Assembly (NCBI GenBank): GCA_963674755.2
Contig: CAXXVS010000002.1
Span: forward strand, 1,728,001 to 1,792,000
Direction of reading: 5' to 3'
From: Desulfobacterales bacterium
GTDB taxonomy: Bacteria > Desulfobacterota > Desulfobacteria > Desulfobacterales > UBA5852
Length of the DNA: 64,000 nucleotides
The notes below the pieces were generated by a model that searched no databases, was not told the origin of the DNA, and saw only the letters and a program-made list of their open reading frames with translations. Positions within the stretch are counted from its first letter, which is position 1. Every line of letters begins with the position of its first letter. Of the stretch, positions 9,782 to 17,826 are shown piece by piece. The position numbers and the translations under genes were made by a program.

Positions 9782-12238
9782 ATGTCACGCTTGGCATCCC
9801 TCTTCCTGGATCAGGCGCCAAGCGCCGCCATACCCAAGGCCGCACCCGGCAAACCGCAGGCACACCCCGCCTATACCGTGCTGTTCGTGGACGACGAGCC
9901 GAGCGTTCTCAAGGCCATGCGGCGCATTTTCCACCGGGAAAACTACTGCCTCCGGACCGCCTCTTCAGGGGCTGAAGCCCTGACGATTCTCGAAGCCCAG
10001 CCCGCCCATGTGGTCGTCTCCGACCACCGCATGCCCGGCATGACCGGGGCCGAACTGCTGCGCGAAATCAAAGCCCGCTGGCCCCAAACCATCCGCATCA
10101 TGCTCACGGGCCACGCTGACGTCAGCGCCGTCATGGGGGCCGTCAACGAGGGGGCGGTCTATAAATTCATTACCAAACCCTGGAACGACGAAGACCTGCG
10201 CCTCACGGTGAGCCTGGCCCTGGAGCGCTTCGATCTCATCCAGTCCAACCAGACGCTCAAAAAAGAGACTGCCGCCCAGAAAAAGAAAATCAAGGAGCTC
10301 AGCCGGTTCGTCAATGTCCACCGCAGCCAGATCGGAGCGGTATTGGTGAAGGAAGGCTTGATCCAGCAGACGGATCTGGACAAGGCCCTGGCGACCCAGG
10401 TGCGCACCCGGCGGATTCTGCCCCGGATCCTGCTGGACATGAACCTGCTCGACGAATCCGCCCTTATCAAGGTCATCCAGAACCGCTTCAGCATCAAGCG
10501 TGTCTCTCCGGGAGAATTCAACGTTCCGCGGGAGCTGGCCGCCCTCGTCCCGCGGGAGGTCTGCGAGAAGAATGTGCTTCTCCCTCTGACCCGCACGCCC
10601 CAAGGGCTGGTGGTGGCCATGGCCGACCCCACCGACATGGCCAAGGTGGAAGATCTCAAATTCATCACGGGGATGCCGGTCATGCCGGCGGTGACCACCC
10701 AGGCGGAGATCCTGGCCAAAATAACGGACGTTTTCGGCGATTCGGAATCCCTGGAAAACGTCCTCTCGGAAATCGATATGACCGATCCCTCCGAGACCAT
10801 CGAAATCATTCTCGAAGAAGAGGATGAAGATGCCAGTCTCGAGGAACTGCTGCGGGGCAAGGACCAGCCCCCGGCCATCCGCATCGTGAATGCCATCATT
10901 TCGGACGCCCTGCGGCATCACGCCTCGGACGTGCATATCGAACCCAAAACCAAGCATGTCATGGTGCGCTACCGCATCGACGACCTGCTGCAGGACAAGA
11001 TCCACTTTCCCCTGACCCTGCACATGGCCATCGTCTCGCGCATCAAGATCATGAGCGAGCTCGACATCACCGAACGCCGCCGCCCCCAGGACGGCCGCAT
11101 CACGGTGAAGACCTCCTCGCGCATGGTGGACATGCGCATCTCCACCCTGCCCACCATCAACGGGGAAAAGGTGGTGATGCGCATCCTGGACAAGAACGCC
11201 GCCGTGCGCAGCCTGACCGACCTGGGCTTCGCGGAGAAGGATTTTACCCGTATAGCGCGCTTCATCGAGCAGCCCCAGGGCATCGTGCTGACCACCGGCC
11301 CCACCGGCAGCGGCAAGACCACCACCCTGTATGCCCTGCTGCGGGAGGGCGCTCGCATCACCAAAAATTTCACCACCATCGAGGACCCGGTGGAATACCA
11401 CATGGGCATGGCCCAGCAGGTCAACGTGCGCGAGAAGATCGGCCTGACCTTCCCGGGGGTGCTGCGGTCCATCCTGCGCCAGGACCCCAACGTGATCATG
11501 CTGGGGGAAATCCGGGATTTCGAGACCGCCGAGGTGGCCTTTCACGCCGCCCTCACCGGGCATCTCGTGCTGAGCACGCTGCACACCAACAACAGTGTGG
11601 CCTCGATTACCCGGCTGCGGGACATGGGGATGAAAGCCTATGTCATCAGCGAAGCCCTGATCGGGGTGATCGCCCAGCGCCTGGTGCGCCGGATCTGCCC
11701 GGACTGCCGGGTATCCGAGCAACCCTCCGAGGAAACCCTGCGGGCCGTCAAGGTGGTGGGCATGGACCTGTCGACCAGCAAGGGGGCCGGCTGTTCAAAA
11801 TGCAGCCAGGCCGGCTATCGCGGCCGCATGGGCATCTATGAGGTCTTCCAGGCCGACGGTGAAATCCGGCGCATGATCCACGCCGAAGCGGCCGAGAGCG
11901 AAATGATGCGGGCGGCCTGCATGGCCGGGATGACGACCCTGCTCGAGGATGCCATTGCCAAGGTAGGACAGGGCCTGACCACTTGTGAAGAAATCATCCG
12001 TGTCCTGGGCCCCCAGGATACGCTGGAAATTCAGTGCCGCCACTGCGGGGTGTTCCTGGCGGAACGTTTCCCCTTCTGTCCCTATTGCGGCGGCGCCAAC
12101 CTGCCACGCTGCCAGGCCTGCGGCAAGCTGTTGGCCGCGGACTGGGCCGCCTGTCCGGCCTGCGGACGGCGGGTGGCCGAACCCGACAACAAGCACCTCA
12201 CAACATCAACAGCGACCTATGAAAAGGATGCGAGATGA
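9782..12238 (+). CDS. REC-MshEN-PilB/GspE family secretion/pilus ATPase with C-terminal double zinc ribbon
   Basis: Receiver (SDHRMPG); MshEN-like QIGAVLVKEGLI..LDKALATQ; ASDVHIEP, Walker A GPTGSGKTT, EDPVEY, LRQDPNVIMLGEIRD, TGHLVLSTLH; four terminal CxxC pairs. Confidence 0.92.
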   Translation: MSRLASLFLDQAPSAAIPKAAPGKPQAHPAYTVLFVDDEPSVLKAMRRIFHRENYCLRTASSGAEALTILEAQPAHVVVSDHRMPGMTGAELLREIKARWPQTIRIMLTGHADVSAVMGAVNEGAVYKFITKPWNDEDLRLTVSLALERFDLIQSNQTLKKETAAQKKKIKELSRFVNVHRSQIGAVLVKEGLIQQTDLDKALATQVRTRRILPRILLDMNLLDESALIKVIQNRFSIKRVSPGEFNVPRELAALVPREVCEKNVLLPLTRTPQGLVVAMADPTDMAKVEDLKFITGMPVMPAVTTQAEILAKITDVFGDSESLENVLSEIDMTDPSETIEIILEEEDEDASLEELLRGKDQPPAIRIVNAIISDALRHHASDVHIEPKTKHVMVRYRIDDLLQDKIHFPLTLHMAIVSRIKIMSELDITERRRPQDGRITVKTSSRMVDMRISTLPTINGEKVVMRILDKNAAVRSLTDLGFAEKDFTRIARFIEQPQGIVLTTGPTGSGKTTTLYALLREGARITKNFTTIEDPVEYHMGMAQQVNVREKIGLTFPGVLRSILRQDPNVIMLGEIRDFETAEVAFHAALTGHLVLSTLHTNNSVASITRLRDMGMKAYVISEALIGVIAQRLVRRICPDCRVSEQPSEETLRAVKVVGMDLSTSKGAGCSKCSQAGYRGRMGIYEVFQADGEIRRMIHAEAAESEMMRAACMAGMTTLLEDAIAKVGQGLTTCEEIIRVLGPQDTLEIQCRHCGVFLAERFPFCPYCGGANLPRCQACGKLLAADWAACPACGRRVAEPDNKHLTTSTATYEKDAR

Positions 12239-12735
12239 AAGACGACACCGTATTGGTTGTGGACGACGATGCGCCCATTCTCAAGGCCATCCAGCGGGTG
12301 CTCCGCAAGGAGCACTGCCGGGTGCTGACCGCCCCAAGCGCTGAAAAGGGCCTGGCGCTCCTGGCGGAAGAAGACATCCAGATCGTGATCAGTGACAAGA
12401 ACATGCCCCGCACCGACGGACTGGTGTTCCTCAAACAGGTCAAGAGCGAATTCCCCCAGGTGCTGACCATCATGCTGACCGGCAACGCGGATCTCAATTC
12501 GGCCGTGGAAGCCATCAACGCGGCCGGCGTCTTCAAATACCTGGTCAAACCCTGGGACGACGACGACCTGCGCTTCACCGTGCGGGAGGCCCTGGCCTTC
12601 GTCCGCCGGCAGCACGCCGGATTTTCCAGCCGCTACGACGCCAAATCCAACGACATCGTCCGGCGCGATCTGGAGAAGGATTTTCCCGGCATCACCCACG
12701 TCGTCCGGGACAAGGACGGGTATATCATCGGCTGA
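12235..12735 (+). CDS. response regulator receiver protein
   Basis: VLVVDDD, SDKNMP, KPW; start overlaps the previous stop. Confidence 0.88.
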   Translation: MKDDTVLVVDDDAPILKAIQRVLRKEHCRVLTAPSAEKGLALLAEEDIQIVISDKNMPRTDGLVFLKQVKSEFPQVLTIMLTGNADLNSAVEAINAAGVFKYLVKPWDDDDLRFTVREALAFVRRQHAGFSSRYDAKSNDIVRRDLEKDFPGITHVVRDKDGYIIG

Positions 12736-13140
12736 AGGGACAGGGCCGACAGATCGAGCGACACCCGCCGCAGACCGTGCCGCTGGCCGACGCCCCATCC
12801 GCAGCCCCGCTGAGACATGCTGATGTTCACCCTGATCGGCGTATGATCTTGCGGATCACGCAAGACCGGCAAAGGCAGAAACCGAACGAACGACGTGGCC
12901 GCGCAAAGCACTGTTTCCCAAAACCCGACGCTCAACGAAGCGGCACGCCTGCGGGTCGCGCGCGATACCACAGTTTCCCTGGCAGATGGGCATGACGCTT
13001 TGCATCACCTATTGCTTTTTTATTACGCCCTTGCGGAGCCGCATCGTCACTCATATCGTGGCCTTGGCGAGGACGTCCGGGCGCTCGGAGATGGGGCCGG
13101 CACATTCTCTTGCTGCAGTCCGAATCCGGGGGGGGAGAAA

Positions 13141-15213
13141 TCACCCTGGCAATATACCGCAGGGATCATCCAGTGCCGACCGCACACTGGCCGCAAGATC
13201 TATTCGGGAGAAGGGCTTCTGGAGAAAATGGACGCTACCATCCAGAACGCCCCTGAGAGCGATCGCATCGGCGGTGTAGCCGGATATGAAAAGCACCTTG
13301 AGGTCGGGGTATTGGGCCTGAAAGCGCTCGGCCAGATCATGGCCGTTCATTCCCGGCATGACCACGTCTGTGATCAGCAGATCGATCTGGTCCGCATGCG
13401 CTTCGGCCAGTTCCAGGGCCCGGTCCGGGGTCAACGCGTCCAGCACGCTGTAGTCCAGTCCGGACAAAATTCGTTTGATCAGCTGCAGAATGGCGATCTC
13501 ATCTTCTACGACCAGCACGGTTTCACCGCGACCCTTGGCGATCAGGGCGGTCTCCGGCTTCCGCTCGTTCGCCACTGCACCGGCATGTCCGGGCAGGTAG
13601 ATACGGAAGCTGGTGTCACGTCCCGGTTCGCTGTATACATTGATGAATCCGTCATTCTGCCTCACGATCCCGTACACCGTGGCCAGCCCCAGGCCGGTGC
13701 CGCAACCGATCTCCTTGGTCGTGAAAAAGGGGTCGAATATCTTTTCAAGCGTTTCCCGTTCCATGCCGCGGCCATTGTCGCTGACCGCCAGCATGACGTA
13801 GTTTCCCGGCAGACATTCCGCATGGTCGACACAATAGGCCTCGTCGATGGTCACCGCACGCGTCTCGATGGTCAATTGGCCCACGTCGGCAATGGCATCC
13901 CGCGCATTGACGCACAGATTGGCCAGAATCTGATCGAGTTGGGAAGGATCCATTTGGATGGGCCATAATTTGGCACCGGGCTGCCATACGAGATTGATAT
14001 CTTCGCCGATCAGCCGGCGCAGCATCTTGAGCATGTTCTCCACGGCCGCATTCAGATCCAGAACCTCCGGGGCGATGACTTGCTGCCGGGCAAAGGCCAG
14101 CAACTGCCGGGTGATGCTGGTGGAACGCTGCGCGGCGGCAAGCACTTCCGCTAAATCGCTTTGCAGCGGGTGCTGGGAATCGAGCTGCTGCAGGGCCAGT
14201 TCCGTATGGCCGATGATCACGCTGAGCATATTGTTGAAATCGTGGGCCACACCGCCTGCCAGGCGGCCCACGGACTCCAGCTTCTGGGCCTGGAGCAGTT
14301 GGGCCTGGAGTTTCTTGCGCTCCGCCTCGCTTTGTCTGCGTTCGGTAACGTCGCGGGCCAGCCCCCGGAAGCCAACCGCCCTGCCTTTTGCATCCCGCAT
14401 CAAGGCAACGGAGGTTTCGATGTCCGCCAGCGTGCCGTCCTTTTTGATAATTTGCCAGTCGAACGCTTTGGCGGGCTCACCGCTGGAGAGCACGCGATTG
14501 AAGGTCCGGAATACGCGCTTGGCATTTTTCGGGTCCATATAGTCCCGGTTGTTCATGCCCATCAGTTTGGATTCCGGATATCCGAGGATACGCCTCGCGG
14601 CAGGATTGAAAAACGTTAAGTTCCCCGCCAGATCCACTTCAAAATAGCCCGCTTCCATATTGTCCAGAATGGTCCTGTATTTCTCTTCGCTCTCCCGAAG
14701 AGACTGTTCCATCTCCTGACGGGCCTGGATCTCGCGTTCCGCCTGGAGCATTTTCTGTTCGAGCTTGCGCACCAGCCTGGCGTTATAGAGTTTGAAAATT
14801 TCCTCGTCCGGAGCGGCGTCCGGGGTCGTTGAACCATTCCGGTGCTCGGCCGCGGCGATAAGGGCATCGACCGCCGCCATAAATTTCTTCGGTTCGCAGG
14901 GCTTCACAATGAAGCGATCCGCCCCGATCTTCAAAGCCAGCTCCTCATCCTTCGGGCCGGTGTAGGTGGCCGTGTAGATGATGAAGGGGATCCTGCTCAG
15001 GGTCGGTGCCTTTCGGACCCGGCGGCATAACTCGAACCCGTCCATCTCCGGCATCAGAATGTCGCTTACGATCAGATCGATCCCGCCCTTCTCAAGAATG
15101 GCCAGGCCTTCGGCACCGTTGGCGGCCGGTTGCACGGTGTAGCCGTTTCCTTTGAACAAGGCCTCGAGCAGATACAGATTTTCTTCATGGTCATCGACAA
15201 TCAGAATGTTCAT
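13141..15213 (-). CDS. hybrid histidine kinase (REC-PAS-HisKA-HATPase-REC)
   Basis: Two receiver domains; AHDFNNML H-box; NLCVNARDA; GTGLGL. Confidence 0.95.
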   Translation of the reverse strand: MNILIVDDHEENLYLLEALFKGNGYTVQPAANGAEGLAILEKGGIDLIVSDILMPEMDGFELCRRVRKAPTLSRIPFIIYTATYTGPKDEELALKIGADRFIVKPCEPKKFMAAVDALIAAAEHRNGSTTPDAAPDEEIFKLYNARLVRKLEQKMLQAEREIQARQEMEQSLRESEEKYRTILDNMEAGYFEVDLAGNLTFFNPAARRILGYPESKLMGMNNRDYMDPKNAKRVFRTFNRVLSSGEPAKAFDWQIIKKDGTLADIETSVALMRDAKGRAVGFRGLARDVTERRQSEAERKKLQAQLLQAQKLESVGRLAGGVAHDFNNMLSVIIGHTELALQQLDSQHPLQSDLAEVLAAAQRSTSITRQLLAFARQQVIAPEVLDLNAAVENMLKMLRRLIGEDINLVWQPGAKLWPIQMDPSQLDQILANLCVNARDAIADVGQLTIETRAVTIDEAYCVDHAECLPGNYVMLAVSDNGRGMERETLEKIFDPFFTTKEIGCGTGLGLATVYGIVRQNDGFINVYSEPGRDTSFRIYLPGHAGAVANERKPETALIAKGRGETVLVVEDEIAILQLIKRILSGLDYSVLDALTPDRALELAEAHADQIDLLITDVVMPGMNGHDLAERFQAQYPDLKVLFISGYTADAIALRGVLDGSVHFLQKPFSRIDLAASVRSALDDPCGILPG

Positions 15214-15302
15214 AGTGGCTGTCCATATGATTCGGATCGCTGCGAATTACAGGCCTTTGGAGGAATCGGGCGGCCAGGAAGACCCGCGCGCTCGGTGCGC
15301 TC

Positions 15303-15665
15303 TTAAAGATATCGCCGGATTTCATCGGCAAACGTTTCGGGATTGATGGGTTTTTCGATATAGCCGGTGGCGCCGGCGGCCAGAATCCGTTCCCGATCTC
15401 CCACCATGGCGTAGGAGGTCACAGCGATGATGGGGACCTCCGCCAGTTCGGGATGGCCCTTAAGCGCTTCGGCCACGGCGTAGCCGTCCATTTCGGGCAA
15501 TTGGATGTCGAGCAAAATGGCCCGCGGACGCCGCCGCAAGGCCTCGGCGACCCCCTGGCGGCCGTCCGGAGCGCCGATGATAGTAAAACCGTTTTTCTCC
15601 AAGAGAAACCGCATCATGTATAAATTCTGAGGATTGTCCTCGATGATGAGCAGGTGATCGTTCAT
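15303..15665 (-). CDS. single-domain response regulator (DivK-like)
   Basis: LIIEDNPQN, LLDIQLPEMDG, AVTSYAMVGDRE, KPI. Confidence 0.92.
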   Translation of the reverse strand: MNDHLLIIEDNPQNLYMMRFLLEKNGFTIIGAPDGRQGVAEALRRRPRAILLDIQLPEMDGYAVAEALKGHPELAEVPIIAVTSYAMVGDRERILAAGATGYIEKPINPETFADEIRRYL

Positions 15666-17788
15666 GATGGTCTCCCATGCCGAGGAAAGCGGATGGTGAA
15701 GGTGCTCCCCTGGCCCCACCGGCTGCCGGCGTCGATGGTGCCGCCCATCAGCGTGATGAGTTTGCGGCAGATGGACAGCCCCAGGCCGGTTCCCTCGTGT
15801 TTGCGCGCCAGGCCTGTATCGATCTGGTGAAAGGGCTGGAACAGGCCGGGCAGATCTTCCGGCCGGATCCCGATTCCGGTGTCGGAAACCGCGATCGTGT
15901 AGTCATCGCCATCTCGGCTTCCGGCAATTCGCACGGATCCTTGGTCCGTAAATTTGACGGCGTTGTTAAGCAAATTGAGCATGATTTGTTCCAAACGACG
16001 CTGATCCGTGGTGGCCTCGGTCACATTGTCAGCGATCTCAACCGTCAGTGCAACCCCCTTCTTTTCAGCCTGTGGCGCCACCAGCCGGGTCACTTTTCCG
16101 ATGGCATCACGCAGATCGAAGGTCGTCGGCGCCAATTCGAGCTGTTCGGCCTCGATTTTGGAAATGTCCAGGACATCGTTGATCAGGGCCAGCAAATGAC
16201 GCGAGCTGTTCTGCACCATTTGGAGCTGCTTGTGCTGCTCGTCGTTCAAGGGTCCCGCCAGTTCCTGGAGCAAGATGCCGGTGAAACCGATAATGGAGTT
16301 GAGGGGGGTGCGCAATTCATGGCTCATGGTGGCCAAAAAGGCGGATTTGAGATGATCGGCGGATTCAGCCCGCTCCTTGGCTTCGACCAACTCAGCGGTG
16401 CGCTCCGCCACACGCTGTTCCAGTACTTCTGCGTGACGCCGCAGCTCCTCATTGAGGCGACGGATCTTTTCATCGGCCTCCACGCGGTCTGTTATATCGG
16501 AGCCGATGCTCAGGATCTCCTTCAGTTTTCCCTGTTCATCGAAGACCATCCGGTTGCGCCAGTCGATCCAGACCCGGTCGCCGCCACGTCGTATGTTCTC
16601 ATTGATATTGCGCTCGAACTTTTTCGGGTCGGCGATAATCTCCTCCATCAACGATTCCAGATTACGGCCGCTGCTTTCATATGGCGGTACGATCGTTTCC
16701 ATCACGCTGCGGCCCATGATCTCCGCTTCACGGTAGCCGAAAAAGCGCTGCCCGAACTCATTCAGAAAAGTCACCCGCCCGTCGCACGAAAAACGGAGAA
16801 TGATGCTGTTGGCCAGCACCACCAATTCCCGGTATTTTTGTTCACTCGCATTGAGGGCGCGGTTGATCTCCTGAAGCTCCCGCGTGCGGCGGTTGACCTT
16901 GGATTTCAGGATGAAACTGCCGGCAATGCTCAATAAAAGGGCCAGCCCTGCGACCAGCCCGGCGATCCGGACCCAGACCGGCAGGGTGAAATGAACCTTC
17001 TCAGATACCCATCGATCGAGGGACTGGTAGTAAATCGATTGGGGGTCCTGTTTAAGACGGATGAGATGACGGTCGATCGCCGCCAGCATGTCGGCGTTGG
17101 TGCCCTTCGGGGCAACAAAAAAGAGGTTGGAGGGGTTGAAAATGATCGCGGTGTCTTCAAGGCGAAATTGTTTGGCGTGCATCAATCCGTAAAATCGATT
17201 GGTGACGGCCGCATCGGCCTCCCCGTCGGCCACTTTTTGGAAAATGGCTTGATAGTCGGGGAGGGTCAGAAGTGTGGCATTCAGGCCGAAGTCATTGATG
17301 AGCTGTTCAAAGGCGCGATACTGAACGGAGCGCTCCAGCACCACGATGCGCTTTCCGGCCAAATCGAGAATGGAAGCGATGCCGCTGTCTTTGCGCGCAT
17401 ACACCTGAAACCAGGAAGACAGAACCGGCACCTTGTGAAAAGCATATCGCTTCTCCCGCTCCGCGGTATGGGCAACATCGGGCATGAGATCGAGCCCGCC
17501 GCTTGCGAGCCGGTCGAGGCCCTCGCCCCAGGTGCCGATGACATAGTCGAGCTCCCAGCCTTCCGCTGCGGCAATATGGGTGAGGATATCGATGAAGATC
17601 CCGGCCGGCCGGCCCGTTTCGTCGACGAAGACCTTGGGCGCGTTCTGATAGACACCGACGGTCACATGCCGGTCCGCCGCATCTGCCGGAAGGGCACCGA
17701 AAACAAGCAAGAGCAAGCATAAACCCGTCACGCACCAGTAGAGCCACTGGTCTTTTACCCTTTTTCCCCTGGAATCGTTCATACCCAT
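15662..17788 (-). CDS. histidine kinase with periplasmic family-3 solute-binding sensor, TM, PAS
   Basis: Signal/TM segment, SBP-3 motifs (GIFIDIL, ADAAV), SHELRTPLN H-box, NAVKFT, GTGLGL. Confidence 0.93.
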   Translation of the reverse strand: MGMNDSRGKRVKDQWLYWCVTGLCLLLLVFGALPADAADRHVTVGVYQNAPKVFVDETGRPAGIFIDILTHIAAAEGWELDYVIGTWGEGLDRLASGGLDLMPDVAHTAEREKRYAFHKVPVLSSWFQVYARKDSGIASILDLAGKRIVVLERSVQYRAFEQLINDFGLNATLLTLPDYQAIFQKVADGEADAAVTNRFYGLMHAKQFRLEDTAIIFNPSNLFFVAPKGTNADMLAAIDRHLIRLKQDPQSIYYQSLDRWVSEKVHFTLPVWVRIAGLVAGLALLLSIAGSFILKSKVNRRTRELQEINRALNASEQKYRELVVLANSIILRFSCDGRVTFLNEFGQRFFGYREAEIMGRSVMETIVPPYESSGRNLESLMEEIIADPKKFERNINENIRRGGDRVWIDWRNRMVFDEQGKLKEILSIGSDITDRVEADEKIRRLNEELRRHAEVLEQRVAERTAELVEAKERAESADHLKSAFLATMSHELRTPLNSIIGFTGILLQELAGPLNDEQHKQLQMVQNSSRHLLALINDVLDISKIEAEQLELAPTTFDLRDAIGKVTRLVAPQAEKKGVALTVEIADNVTEATTDQRRLEQIMLNLLNNAVKFTDQGSVRIAGSRDGDDYTIAVSDTGIGIRPEDLPGLFQPFHQIDTGLARKHEGTGLGLSICRKLITLMGGTIDAGSRWGQGSTFTIRFPRHGRPS

Positions 17789-17826
17789 TGTTCCCCTATC
17801 CGCCGCTTGTTCTCAGATGACCTTTC

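Noticed and set aside
12895..13968. 357-aa plus-strand ORF
   Set aside because: Mostly antisense to the hybrid kinase at 13141-15213
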